From the NCBI GenBank assembly GCA_041603715.1, contig JBFIDS010000001.1:1-34284 (forward strand): a DNA stretch of 34,284 bases, read 5' to 3'. Source of the stretch: Paraconexibacter sp. (GTDB taxonomy: Bacteria; Actinomycetota; Thermoleophilia; Solirubrobacterales; Solirubrobacteraceae). The position numbers and the translations under genes are program-made. This document shows, piece after piece, positions 1 to 9,393 of the stretch; within the stretch, counting starts at the first letter, position 1, and the number at the start of each line of letters is the position of its first letter. Under the pieces are notes generated by a model. It searched no databases. It worked only from the letters and a program-made list of their open reading frames with translations, and was not told where the DNA came from.

Positions 1-26
1 AGTCAAGTCGCGTGTTGTGGTGTAGC
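1..26. repeat. IS256 terminal inverted repeat (downstream of transposase)
   Basis: 19/26 match to reverse complement of 1398-1423. Confidence 0.8.
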
Positions 27-52
27 TCGCTCGTCGGGGACGGCGTAGCGGC

Positions 53-1303
53 TCAGGCTGCCAGGAGCTGGTCCACCTCCTCCTTCTGATCCGGGTCAGG
101 GGACTCTTCGAGCACCGGGCTGTGCGCAGAGTCCAAGAGGCGCATCGACTCTTCGGAGAGGTAGCGGCGACAGACCACCCATTCGTCGTTCTGCTCGATG
201 AGGATCGCGCCGGAGAGCCGGATCGCTGAAGCGTCGTTGGGGAAGATCCCGACGACGTCCGAGCGTCGGCCGATCTCGCGGTTGACGCGCTCGAGCGGGT
301 TGGTGGAGCGCAGCTTGGACCAGTGCGACTGCGGGAACGCGTAGAACGCCAACAGGTCCTCCTCCGCTTGCTCGAGGAGCTCGCAGACCTTCGGGACCTG
401 ATCGGTGAGGCGGTCGAGGACCTCGCCGACCCGGCGCTTGGCCTCGGCCTGGTCGTGAGCGTTGAACACCTCGCGCAGCGCCGCGGAGACGAGGCCGCGC
501 TGGGCTGGCCGGCAGTGGCCGTGCATGTTCCTGACGAAGTGAACGGTGCAGCGCTGCCACGGCGCGTCGAGGACTCGGGCGATCGCGCTCTTCAGGCCTT
601 CGTGGTGGTCGCTGATCACCAGGCGCAGGCCTTGCAGGCCGCGGGCGCGCAAGCCTCTGAGGAACTCGGTCCAGAACGCCTCGGTCTCGACCTCGCCCAG
701 GTCGAGACCGATCACCTCGCGTCGGCCGGTGTCATGGACGGCGTAGGCGATCACCAACGCCTTCGAGACCACCCGGCCGCGGTCGCGGACCTTGAGGTGC
801 TTGGCGTCGAGCCACAGGTACGGATAGGCGCCCTCAAGCGGCCGCGACCGGAACTCCTCGACGTGCTCGTCGAGCTCGCGGCACATCCGGCTGACGCGGT
901 CCTTGCTCATGCCCTGGATCCCGAGCTGCTCGACGAGCCGGTCGACCTTGCGGGTCGAGACGCCGTTGACGTAGGCCTCCATCACGACGCTGACGATCGC
1001 CTGCTCACAGCGCCGGCGCGGCTCCAGAAACGACGGGAAATACGACGGGCCAGACCGCGTCCTGGGGATCGCGAGCTCGATCTCGCCGACCCGCGTCTCC
1101 CAGCCGCGCTGGCGGTAGCCGTTGAGCTGTGTCACGCGCTCCGGCGACCGCTCGCCGCGCCCGGCGCCGGTCAGCGTCTGAACCTCGGCCTCCATCAACT
1201 CACGCACAACGAGCGCGACCGCGTCGCGCAGCAGATCTCCGTGCTCGCCGCTCATCGCTTTCGCGACGACATCGGCAGGGGTCATCATCCGGTCTTCGGC
1301 CAT
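53..1303 (-). CDS. IS256-family (Mutator) DDE transposase
   Basis: 416 aa; motifs NGYRxR, EAYVNGVSTRKV, YLWLDA, LVISDHHEGL, WQRCTVHF, STNPLERVNREI. Confidence 0.97.
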   Translation of the reverse strand: MAEDRMMTPADVVAKAMSGEHGDLLRDAVALVVRELMEAEVQTLTGAGRGERSPERVTQLNGYRQRGWETRVGEIELAIPRTRSGPSYFPSFLEPRRRCEQAIVSVVMEAYVNGVSTRKVDRLVEQLGIQGMSKDRVSRMCRELDEHVEEFRSRPLEGAYPYLWLDAKHLKVRDRGRVVSKALVIAYAVHDTGRREVIGLDLGEVETEAFWTEFLRGLRARGLQGLRLVISDHHEGLKSAIARVLDAPWQRCTVHFVRNMHGHCRPAQRGLVSAALREVFNAHDQAEAKRRVGEVLDRLTDQVPKVCELLEQAEEDLLAFYAFPQSHWSKLRSTNPLERVNREIGRRSDVVGIFPNDASAIRLSGAILIEQNDEWVVCRRYLSEESMRLLDSAHSPVLEESPDPDQKEEVDQLLAA

Positions 1304-1397
1304 CGTGGTGCTCCTACTTGTCGTACTCCGGGAAGAGAACGACGAGCTTGGACGCCACGGTGGTCGGACTGAACTTCAGCCCGCGACCACCGCGCCC

Positions 1398-1423
1398 GCT
1401 ACACCACTTCTACCGACGTGACC
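1398..1423. repeat. IS256 terminal inverted repeat (upstream of transposase)
   Basis: GCTACACCACTTCTACCGACGTGACC, inverted partner of 1-26. Confidence 0.8.
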
Positions 1424-2665
1424 CGCCCGACGAAGCGCCGCATCGCTCCCGCGTGGGTCAAGGCCGACGGCGACGGGTGGCGCAAACGCCCGGGCAAGTG
1501 CCCGACGACGCACATGGACGAGCGGACCGCGCGGGCGACAGCCGCCGAGGTCGTGCGCAAGAGCACCCACGACCTGCTCGCCAAGGAAGCCGCACGACGC
1601 CGCGGCGACGAGGCACCGATCATGTTCCGTGAGATTGCGGCCGGGTACATGCGGTGGCTTGCCGAGGTCAAGGGGGCCAAGCCGTCGACGCTCCGCGATC
1701 ACGGCTTCCTGCTCAGCGAGCCAGGTGTCCCGCATCTCCGAGGCTCCCGGGTCACGGCGGGCAGGATCATGGGCGCGCTTGGTGATCGTGTGGCTGGCGA
1801 GGTCACGACGCGCGACGTAAACGGGCTCCTCGACGAGATCGCCGCATCGAAGGTGTCGGCCCGAACGGTCAACAAGCACCGCAACCTCATCGCCGCGATC
1901 TACTCCTTCGCGTGCCAGGAGGCGACCTTCAATCTCACCGACAACCCGGCGGCTCGGGCGCAGCGGCGCCGCGAGCCCGAGGCCGGCGTCCTGGACTACT
2001 ACGCGCCCGAAGAGGTCGAAGCGCTGGCGCGCGCGTTGGCCAGCGGCGCCCACCGGGACCCCGCGCGGCCCGCCGTCAGCGACGACGAGGAGATCTGGCG
2101 CCGCCACGAGGACGAGCAAGACGCGGAGATCGTCCGCATCGCCGCCTACACCGGCCTGCGACGCGGCGAGCTCGTCGCCCTTCGATGGCGGGACGTCGAC
2201 TACGCCAAGCGCAAGATCGTCGTGCGCAGCGCGGTGAGCGGCGACGTCGTTGCTCTGTCGACCAAGTCAGGGCGCCATCGCGAGGTTCCGCTCAGCGACC
2301 AGGCCGTCGCGGCGCTCGACCGCCTCCAGCAACGTGAGGACTTCACGTCGCCCGCTGACCACGTTCTCGTCAACCGGGCCGGCGGACGCATCGAGGGGTC
2401 GGCGCTGCGCCGCCGCGTCGCCAGCGCGATGAGCGCAGCCGGTCTACGACCGCTGCGCTTCCACGACCTGCGCCACACCTTCGGGTCCCTGCTCGTCGCA
2501 GCCGGCGTCGACCTCGTGACAGTTCAGGCGGCCATGGGCCACGCCCGGATCACCACGTCTCAGCGATACCTTCACGCTCGTCCCGCTCACGAGGTCGCTG
2601 ATCGCTTCACTGCGGCGTTCGACGGCACGCGAGGGTTCGCGGCCGACGCATCTGCGGTGACTTAG
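1418..2665 (+). CDS. Tyrosine recombinase/phage-type integrase, probably 5'-truncated by the IS
   Basis: Catalytic residues intact: YTGLRRGE (R), TKSG (K), FHDLRH (HxxR), MGH...QRY (H, Y). The ORF start GTG at 1418 lies inside the IS inverted repeat. Confidence 0.9.
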   Translation: MTRPTKRRIAPAWVKADGDGWRKRPGKCPTTHMDERTARATAAEVVRKSTHDLLAKEAARRRGDEAPIMFREIAAGYMRWLAEVKGAKPSTLRDHGFLLSEPGVPHLRGSRVTAGRIMGALGDRVAGEVTTRDVNGLLDEIAASKVSARTVNKHRNLIAAIYSFACQEATFNLTDNPAARAQRRREPEAGVLDYYAPEEVEALARALASGAHRDPARPAVSDDEEIWRRHEDEQDAEIVRIAAYTGLRRGELVALRWRDVDYAKRKIVVRSAVSGDVVALSTKSGRHREVPLSDQAVAALDRLQQREDFTSPADHVLVNRAGGRIEGSALRRRVASAMSAAGLRPLRFHDLRHTFGSLLVAAGVDLVTVQAAMGHARITTSQRYLHARPAHEVADRFTAAFDGTRGFAADASAVT

Positions 2666-2710
2666 GCGAGCCCGTAGGTGAGCCGGTGCGGCGCTCGCCG
2701 CGGGCAGCCC

Positions 2711-2770
2711 TTGGTCGGTGGGGGTCGTGCGGGCGAGGTCGCGGTCTTTGAGGCGGTAGCTGTCGCCTTC
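2711..2770 (-). pseudogene. Remnant of IS21-family IstB helper ATPase C-terminus
   Basis: Minus strand reads EGDSYRLKDRDLARTTPTDQ, matching the (K)GDSYRLKDRDL C-terminal signature I recall for actinobacterial IstB; no upstream ATPase sequence. Confidence 0.65.
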
Positions 2771-2881
2771 GGGCGAGTGTATCGGGCGTGGTGAACGAGC
2801 CGATCGATCATCGTGCGGCGGTGACTTCGTCGCCAAAGATGTCGTCCCGGGCGCTGAAGGGCTCGCCGGCCGGCATCGGGC

Positions 2882-3451
2882 TCAGCGGTTCAACGACTCG
2901 CGGACGTCGCGGAGGAGCTGGTCCGATTCGGGGGTCGCCCCAAGGCCGCGGGCGATGGTGAGCGCGCCGACCATGGTGCAAAGGGTCGTGGCGGCGCGAC
3001 GGCGGGCCTCGTCGTCGTCGCCGGCCGCCATCAGCGGTTGCAGCAGCTGAAGGTACCGGTTGATCTGCGTGCCGAACGCCTCTTGGGGTTCGCCTCCGAG
3101 GCGGGCGACGTCGGCGCCCAAAGCCGCGACGCCGCACCCTGTCCCGGGGTCGTCGCGGTGCTCCTGGGAGAGGTAGGCGTCGACGAACGCTCTCAGCAGG
3201 TCGTCCGATCCGGACTCGCCGGCCACCGCGGCGATGCGTGGTTCGCTGTCGACCATGGCGCGCTGGACCGCGGCAGCGATGAGCTCGTCGCGGGAGGCGA
3301 AGTGCTTGTAGAAGCCGCCGTGGGTGAGTCCGGCGGCGTTCATGATCTCGGCGACACCGGGCTGGTCGGTGCCAGCCTCGCGGATCCGGGTCGCAGCAAC
3401 GGCGACGATCCGCTCGCGGCTTGCTGCCTTGTCGTCTCGTGTGCCTCGCAT
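2882..3451 (-). CDS. TetR/AcrR family transcriptional regulator
   Basis: HTH GVAEIMNAAGLTHGGFYKHFASRDEL; start moved to ATG 3451 (MRGTRDDK), 189 aa; divergent from the downstream operon. Confidence 0.93.
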   Translation of the reverse strand: MRGTRDDKAASRERIVAVAATRIREAGTDQPGVAEIMNAAGLTHGGFYKHFASRDELIAAAVQRAMVDSEPRIAAVAGESGSDDLLRAFVDAYLSQEHRDDPGTGCGVAALGADVARLGGEPQEAFGTQINRYLQLLQPLMAAGDDDEARRRAATTLCTMVGALTIARGLGATPESDQLLRDVRESLNR

Positions 3452-3459
3452 CACTTTTG

Positions 3460-3503
3460 GATGATAGCAATCATCTTTCGTGTTAGGATGACACGCATCA
3501 TCC
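3460..3503. promoter_or_regulatory. Tandem palindromic TetR operators GATGA-N6-TCATC
   Basis: GATGATAGCAATCATC (3460-3475) and GGATGACACGCATCATCC (3486-3503) in the AT-richer divergent intergenic region. Confidence 0.8.
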
Positions 3504-3543
3504 AAATGGGGTCACCGCGGTGATCCACGACCGAGGGACGGAT

Positions 3544-4062
3544 ATGCACGGCGACGGCACGGTGGGGATGGGCGCGAAGCGGTACCACGGCGTCTCGGGC
3601 TGGATCAGCACCAAGATCAAGGCTCCTGAGCCAGGCACGTTCGCCTGGAAGCTCAACACCAAGGTCACGCAGGCGCACGCGCGCCTCTTCCAGATCTCGG
3701 GTGGAAGATTGGGTGGCACGCTCGATGGGGCACCCCTGCTGGTGCTGCACCACACCGGCGCCAAGAGCGGCGTGCGCCGCCAGACGCCGGCGATCCACCT
3801 GCGCGACGGGGACGACCTCGTGCTCGTCGCGTCACTGCTCGGGAGCGAGAAGCACCCGGCGTGGTACTTCAACCTGCGCGCCCACCCCGACGACGTCGAG
3901 GTCGACGTCCGGGGCGGTCGTCGGGCGGTCCGCGCACGGCAGGCCAGCGACGAGGAGGCGACGGCGCTCTGGCCCCGGCTGATCGAGACCTACCCGCCGT
4001 TCGCGACCTACCGCGAGCGCACCGCGCGCGTCCTTCCCGTGATGATCCTGGAGCCCCGATGA
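3544..4062 (+). CDS. Deazaflavin (F420)-dependent nitroreductase-family oxidoreductase (Ddn/FDOR-A-like)
   Basis: [22 protein letters not shown]...[23 protein letters not shown]; ATG 3544 preceded by GAGGGA (alternative start 3520). Confidence 0.9.
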   Translation: MHGDGTVGMGAKRYHGVSGWISTKIKAPEPGTFAWKLNTKVTQAHARLFQISGGRLGGTLDGAPLLVLHHTGAKSGVRRQTPAIHLRDGDDLVLVASLLGSEKHPAWYFNLRAHPDDVEVDVRGGRRAVRARQASDEEATALWPRLIETYPPFATYRERTARVLPVMILEPR

Positions 4063-4967
4063 GCGCCCCGGCGATCGCAGCGGACCTCACGGGCACCACC
4101 GCCGTGGTGACCGGCGCGTCGGACGGCATCGGTGCCGTGACCGCGAGGGAGCTCGCCCGGGCGGGCGCACGGGTCGTGCTGGCCGTCCGCAACGAGGCGA
4201 AGGCCCGGGCTGTCTCTGCGTCGTGGACGGGCAGGACAGAGGTCCGTCGGCTCGACCTCTCGAGCCTCGCGTCGGTCCGCGCGTTCGCCGACGGCTGGGA
4301 CGGGCCGATCGATGTGCTGGTCAACAATGCGGGCGTCCTGCAGGCCGACACCACGCCGACCCAGGACGGGTTCGAGCCGCACATCGGCGTGAACCACCTT
4401 GGGCACTTCGCGCTCACGCAGCTGCTGCTGCGGTACGTCACCGGCCGTGTGGTCACGGTCAGCTCGGACCTGCACAAGCGGGGCCGTCTCGACGTCGACG
4501 ACCTCAACTGGGAGCGTCGGACCCCGAGGGGTCTGCAGCCCTACAACGACTCCAAGCTCGCGAACCTCCTGTTCACCTTCGAGCTCCAGCGCCGCCTCGA
4601 GTCGTCCGGCAGCGCCGTCCTGTCCCTCGCTGCGCATCCCGGCGTCAGCAGCACCAACCTCGCCGTTGGCAGCGGCGGCCTGCTCGGCCGCGTGATGCGG
4701 CCCTTCATCAGCCTGGTCGGCCAGGACGTCGACGGTGGTGCCCGTCCGACGCTCCACGCGGCCACCCGGCCGTTGGCCGGAGGGTCGTACGTCGGGCCCG
4801 GGGGACCATTCGAGCTCCGCGGCGCACCCAGGCTCGTCACCGGCTCACGTCAGTCCCGCGACCCACAGCTCGCGCGCGACCTCTGGTCGAGATCGGCGGA
4901 TCTGACCGCGACCGAAGCGCTTCCCTCGTCCCCCGTCTCCACCGACCCTGCAGGAGTCCCCGCATGA
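4059..4967 (+). CDS. Short-chain dehydrogenase/reductase (retinol-dehydrogenase-like subgroup)
   Basis: [27 protein letters not shown]; ATGA overlap with upstream stop; 302 aa. Confidence 0.92.
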   Translation: MSAPAIAADLTGTTAVVTGASDGIGAVTARELARAGARVVLAVRNEAKARAVSASWTGRTEVRRLDLSSLASVRAFADGWDGPIDVLVNNAGVLQADTTPTQDGFEPHIGVNHLGHFALTQLLLRYVTGRVVTVSSDLHKRGRLDVDDLNWERRTPRGLQPYNDSKLANLLFTFELQRRLESSGSAVLSLAAHPGVSSTNLAVGSGGLLGRVMRPFISLVGQDVDGGARPTLHAATRPLAGGSYVGPGGPFELRGAPRLVTGSRQSRDPQLARDLWSRSADLTATEALPSSPVSTDPAGVPA

Positions 4968-5827
4968 CCACCGTCACGACCTGGAACACCGCGCCCACCC
5001 AGACCGTCGACGTCGGCGGCACCCCGTTCGCGTACCGCGAGCTCGGTCCGCGCGGCGGGACGCCGCTGGTGTTCCTGCACCACTTCACCGCCGTCCTGGA
5101 CGACTGGGACCCGGACGTCATCGACCCGATCGCCCAGCACCGGCACGTCATCGCCTTTGACAACCGCGGCATCGGCGCCACGGGCGGGAAGGTGCCGCAC
5201 ACGATCTCGGCCATGGCCGCCGACGCCGCGGCGTTCATCCGGACTCTGGGTCACGAGCAGGTCGACCTGCTCGGCTTCTCGCTCGGGGGTGGAGTCGCGC
5301 AGGAGGTCACGCTGGAGCACCCGGACCTCGTTCGCCGACTGATCCTCACGGGGACGGGGCACCGCGGCGGCGGTGGCCTGACGAAGATGCCGCTGATCGT
5401 CGGCAGCGCGTACACGAAGGCCGCGCTGACCCGTCGCGATCCTCGACAGTTCCTGTTCTTCGACTCCGATGCTGTCGGCAAGAAGGCGGGGGAGGAGTAC
5501 ATCGCCCGGCTGAACCAGCGGTCGACCGATCGCGACCGCCCCATCTCCCACCAGGCCCGCATCGCGCAGCTCGCCGCCATCCGCGAGGCCGGGCTGGGGA
5601 AGCCGCGCAACCTCTCGAAGATCACGCAGCCGACGCTCGTCGCCAACGGCGACAACGACGTGATGGTCGCCTCGAGCCAGTCCCACGTGCTGGCCGAACG
5701 GATCCCGGGGAGCAAGCTGATCATCTACCCGAACTCCGGGCACGGCGGCATCTTCCAGTACCGCGAGCAGTTCGTGCCGGCCGTGCTCGAGTTCCTGGAG
5801 TCCGCCGACCCGACCGCCGGCACATGA
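4964..5827 (+). CDS. Alpha/beta-fold hydrolase
   Basis: GFSLGG nucleophile elbow, GDND acid, SGHG catalytic His; ATGA overlap; 287 aa. Confidence 0.92.
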   Translation: MTTVTTWNTAPTQTVDVGGTPFAYRELGPRGGTPLVFLHHFTAVLDDWDPDVIDPIAQHRHVIAFDNRGIGATGGKVPHTISAMAADAAAFIRTLGHEQVDLLGFSLGGGVAQEVTLEHPDLVRRLILTGTGHRGGGGLTKMPLIVGSAYTKAALTRRDPRQFLFFDSDAVGKKAGEEYIARLNQRSTDRDRPISHQARIAQLAAIREAGLGKPRNLSKITQPTLVANGDNDVMVASSQSHVLAERIPGSKLIIYPNSGHGGIFQYREQFVPAVLEFLESADPTAGT

Positions 5828-6672
5828 GGACGCCCAGGCGGCTCGACCTCCCCGGCGCAACGGTCGCGATCACAGGCGCAGGAGGCGGACTCGGCGCCGC
5901 ACTGGCGCGCGCCCTGCGCGCGCAGGGCGCGAACGTCGCCCTGCTCGATCTCGTCCCCGACGGGGTACAGGCGCAGGCCGCCCGGCTTGGCGGCGACCGC
6001 TACGCCCGCGGCTGGGAGGTCGACGTCCGCGACTTCGACGCCCAGCAGCAGGTCTTCGAGGAGGTCGCCGCGCACTTCGGCGCCATCGACGTCGTCGTTG
6101 CCGGGGCCGGCGTCCTCGGGCCGCTGCAGACGATCGGCGCGACCGACCCGGCCGGCTGGGACCGCGTCATCGACATCAACCTCGGCGGGGTCTGGCGCAC
6201 GCTCAAGGCCGCGGCCCCGCACGTGCGGGAGACCGCCGGGCACCTCGTCACGGTCTCCTCGATGATCGCCTACGTCCACCCGCCGCTGCTGGCGAGCTAC
6301 GCCGCGAGCAAGGCCGCGGTCGCCGCGATGACCGACGTCGTGCGCTTGGAGATGCGCGCCGTCGGTGTCACCGTCGGCAGCGTCCACCCGGTCATCTTCC
6401 GCACGCCGATGATCGGCGACGCGCTGGCCAGCCCGGCCGCCGTCGAGCTCGTCAAGGACTTCACCGGCGTCTTCAAGACCGCCGAGCTCGATGCCGTCGT
6501 CGACGGCATCGTCCGCGGTATCGAACGACGCGCCAAGCGCACGGTCGTGCCGCGCGCACACCGCCCGACCGTGCTCGTCCCCGGGCTCGCCCAGGCGGGC
6601 ATCGAGCGACTCCTGTTCCGACCGCGCACCGTCGCGCGAGCCATCGACCTCGGCTCCGTGCCGACCCGCTGA
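5824..6672 (+). CDS. Short-chain dehydrogenase/reductase
   Basis: TGAGGGLG, YAASK; ATGA overlap. Confidence 0.92.
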   Translation: MRTPRRLDLPGATVAITGAGGGLGAALARALRAQGANVALLDLVPDGVQAQAARLGGDRYARGWEVDVRDFDAQQQVFEEVAAHFGAIDVVVAGAGVLGPLQTIGATDPAGWDRVIDINLGGVWRTLKAAAPHVRETAGHLVTVSSMIAYVHPPLLASYAASKAAVAAMTDVVRLEMRAVGVTVGSVHPVIFRTPMIGDALASPAAVELVKDFTGVFKTAELDAVVDGIVRGIERRAKRTVVPRAHRPTVLVPGLAQAGIERLLFRPRTVARAIDLGSVPTR

Positions 6673-6675
6673 GCC

Positions 6676-7388
6676 ATGGCCGACTTCCTGACCCTGGACG
6701 TCTACCGCGACACCATCCGCGAGACCCCGGCGCGGCGACGGTCGATCCGCGCGGCGCTCGCCGATCGCCCCGCCGGGCTGCGCGCATACTCGATCAACTA
6801 CGCCAACACGGGGACCTTCGACCTCGTCCCCCGGCACTACGGCACATGCCTGCTGCTGGCCTGGGACTCGGAGCAGGCGGCGCACGACGCGTGGCTCGGC
6901 CGTCTCGGCACCGCGGTGGGCGCCGGTGACTACCGGATGGACGCCGAGGTCACGCGAGCCCGCACTGAGCACGGCGACGATGATTGGCACGGCTGGGACC
7001 CTCCGACGAGGGCGCCACCCCGCTGACCAAGGACGAGCCGATGGTCGTTCTCGTCCACGGCATCGTCCGCCGCCGGTACCTGTCGACGTTCCTGCGCGAC
7101 AACCTCCACGCCGCCAGCCGCGCGCGCCATCATCCCGGCCACCGCGGCAGCATCGACGTTCATCGGACGCCGCCGTTCGAGAACACCTCGATCAGCATCT
7201 GGAGCAGCCGCCGCGCCGCGCAGGACTTCGCCTACCAGCCCGGCGGCCACCTGCCCGCCATGAACCACGCGCGGGCGCTCGACACCCACACCGCCGGGGT
7301 CTACCTCCAGGTCCGGCCCCTGGCCAGCACCGGGAGCCTCGGGATCGACCAGGACGCACTGCCGGAACTGCCCGCTGCGATCAGATAG
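6676..7388 (+). pseudogene. Frameshifted spheroidene monooxygenase (CrtA)/DUF3291-like gene
   Basis: ORFs 6676-7026 and 6984-7388 join into about 237 aa if one C is added at the CCC run 6999-7001 (GWD-P-SDEGATP). SISIWSSRRAAQDFAYQPGGH resembles the CrtA-like S-x-W...FAY...H motif. Product call is tentative. Confidence 0.6.
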
Positions 7389-7414
7389 TCCGAGCGATCC
7401 ACGCGCCCACGTCG

Positions 7415-7448
7415 GTACGGCCCGACTCGAGCGGTGTCGGCGCCGTAC
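7415..7448 (+). terminator. GC-rich hairpin after the TetR-regulated operon
   Basis: GTACGGC-CCGAC ... GTCGG-(C)-GCCGTAC; no U-tract. Confidence 0.4.
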
Positions 7449-7496
7449 GCGCGTCGCGACTCGCATGCGGTGTTACTGCTTGACCGCCTTTCAGTG

Positions 7497-7513
7497 AGTT
7501 CGACAAGCGAACC
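7497..7513. promoter_or_regulatory. Palindromic operator-like site upstream of the cyclase gene
   Basis: GTTCG-ACAAG-CGAAC; same geometry as the HxlR-associated boxes elsewhere in the window. Confidence 0.5.
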
Positions 7514-7605
7514 GACGCCCGTCTTCGCCGCACGCGCCACGGCGCTTCCGCCATAGGATCGCTCCGCCGCCCGGACTCCTCAATCATCTGCAGACGGAGC
7601 TCGCC

Positions 7606-8370
7606 GTGAAACTCATCGACCTTTCCGCCCCGATTCTCGCCGGCCCTGCCGGCGCCCCGGACGTTCTTCGCGTCGACGTCGAGTTCGACGACCACGCGGC
7701 GGGTGCCGCGCAGATCCAGCAGATGTTCGGCGTCCCTCCCGAGCTGCTGAGGGACGGCGAGGGCTGGGCGGTCGAGACGTTCACCCGGCTCGGCACGCAC
7801 AGCACGACCCACGTCGACGCGCCATACCACTACAACCGGACCGTAGCCGGCGAGCGTGCCGCGACGATCGACGAGCTGCCCCTGGACTGGTTCTACGCCC
7901 CCGGCGTCGTCCTGGACTTCGACGGCCGCGCGGACGGGGACGTGATCGACGTGCGCGACGTGCAGGACGCCCTGGCCCGAACCGATCATGAGCTGCGCGA
8001 GCGCGACATCGTGCTCGTGCGTAGCGGCTGCGACCGTTACCTGGGGCAGGACGACTACATGCGCCGCGGACCCGGTGTCTCGGCGGACGCGACGCGGTGG
8101 CTCTACGAGCGCGGCGTCCGGGTCATGGGGATCGACGCCTGGGGATGGGACCGACCGCTGCACATGCAGGCCGAGGAGGCTCTCGCTCGCGGTGCCGCCG
8201 GCATCTTCTGGGCAGCGCACCAGGTCGACCTCGCGTACTCGCAGATCGAGCGGCTTGTTGGCCTAGAGCAGCTGCCGCCCACCGGGTTCACCGTCTCCTG
8301 CCTTCCGCTGCGACTCATCGGTGCCAGCGCCGCGCCCGCCCGGGTGATCGCGATCGTCGACGCTGACTGA
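7606..8370 (+). CDS. Cyclase family protein (kynurenine formamidase/isatin hydrolase-like metal-dependent hydrolase)
   Basis: THSTTHVDAPYH (HxxTHxDxPxH), GIDAW, QIE, APAR motifs; GGAG RBS. Confidence 0.92.
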   Translation: MKLIDLSAPILAGPAGAPDVLRVDVEFDDHAAGAAQIQQMFGVPPELLRDGEGWAVETFTRLGTHSTTHVDAPYHYNRTVAGERAATIDELPLDWFYAPGVVLDFDGRADGDVIDVRDVQDALARTDHELRERDIVLVRSGCDRYLGQDDYMRRGPGVSADATRWLYERGVRVMGIDAWGWDRPLHMQAEEALARGAAGIFWAAHQVDLAYSQIERLVGLEQLPPTGFTVSCLPLRLIGASAAPARVIAIVDAD

Positions 8371-8500
8371 GCACACCTGGACGCGCTCGCCCGCGGCCGC
8401 GGCGCACCGCAGCACGCCGCGGCCCGAGACACTCGATGGGTGGCGGGCTTAGCTAAGCTCGCGAGGAGTTCGCCGTAGGACGCGGTTTTGCGCCCGGTCG

Positions 8501-9322
8501 TCATCGGCCGACGAACCGGGCCGGGCGCCGCTCGACGAACGACTGCAGCCCTTCATGACCGTCCTCGGTGCCGAAGAGCACCGCCATGTCCTTGTCGAGC
8601 CGCGCGAACGCGGCGGCCTCGCCCTCGAGGCGTGCCCGATGCGCGGAGGCGAGGGTCGTCTTGACACCGATCGGGCCCGACTTGGTCGAGATCATCTCGG
8701 CGAGCTCGACCGCCCGGTCGAGCTCTCGCCCGGGGTCCACCACCTCCTGCACCAAGCCGATGCGATGGGCCTCCTGTGCGTCGTAGGGCTCGCCCGTGAG
8801 CAGCCAGCGCATCGCATTGCCCCAGCCGGCGTCGCGCGGCAGGCGGATCGTCGCGCCGCCGAAGGCGTAGATCCCGCGATTGATCTCCATCTGGGCGAAG
8901 CGCGCGTTCGACGCGGCGATCCGGATGTCCGCCGCGAGCAGCAGCTCGATCGCAAGCGTCATGACCCAGCCCTGTACGGCGGCGACCAGCGGCGTCGTCC
9001 AGACGTTGTCTTTGCGCCATGGGTCTCGACGCCCGGGGGCGGTGAAGATCTCGTTGAGGCGGTCCTCGCGGATCAGCGGCCCGACCTCCGCCAGATCAAG
9101 GCCGCCGGTGAAGTGGTCGCCGTGTGCGAACAGCACGCCGCAGCGGATCTCGTCGTCGCTCTCCAACCGGTGGTAGGCCGCTGCCAGCTGATCGATGAGC
9201 TCGAGGTTGAACGCGTTGCGCTTCTCGGGCCGGTTCAGGCCGATCAGCAGCACGTGCCCTCGTTGCTCCACGGTCACGGAAGGCTGCGAGGCCGTCGTCG
9301 CTGCACTCGTCGTCTCGGTCAC
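8501..9322 (-). CDS. Crotonase/enoyl-CoA hydratase family protein
   Basis: LNRPEKRNA, HFTGGLDL, IELLLAADIRIA, EINRGI. Confidence 0.93.
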   Translation of the reverse strand: MTETTSAATTASQPSVTVEQRGHVLLIGLNRPEKRNAFNLELIDQLAAAYHRLESDDEIRCGVLFAHGDHFTGGLDLAEVGPLIREDRLNEIFTAPGRRDPWRKDNVWTTPLVAAVQGWVMTLAIELLLAADIRIAASNARFAQMEINRGIYAFGGATIRLPRDAGWGNAMRWLLTGEPYDAQEAHRIGLVQEVVDPGRELDRAVELAEMISTKSGPIGVKTTLASAHRARLEGEAAAFARLDKDMAVLFGTEDGHEGLQSFVERRPARFVGR

Positions 9323-9366
9323 GGGGGTCCTTTGGTTGGGGGCGCCTGCTGACCGTAACCAGATTC

Positions 9367-9383
9367 AGTCGCTTTTTGCAACT
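9367..9383. promoter_or_regulatory. Palindromic operator-like site upstream of the crotonase
   Basis: AGTCGC-TTTTT-GCAACT, just upstream of a minus-strand TACGGT -10-like hexamer (9352-9357). Confidence 0.55.
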
Positions 9384-9393
9384 AGAGGGCGGA

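Larger units (their letters stand above)
1..1423 (-). mobile_element. IS256-family insertion sequence, apparently complete
   Basis: Mutator/IS256 transposase bounded by imperfect 26-bp terminal inverted repeats: 1-26 AGTCAAGTCGCGTGTTGTGGTGTAGC vs reverse complement of 1398-1423 GGTCACGTCGGTAGAAGTGGTGTAGC (19/26 identical). The GTGGTGTA core resembles IS1081-like ends. Target duplication cannot be checked because the window begins at the IS end. Confidence 0.9.

Noticed and set aside
8447-8458. Perfect 12-bp palindrome GCTTAGCTAAGC between convergent genes
   Set aside because: Single occurrence, not at a promoter, no supportable function
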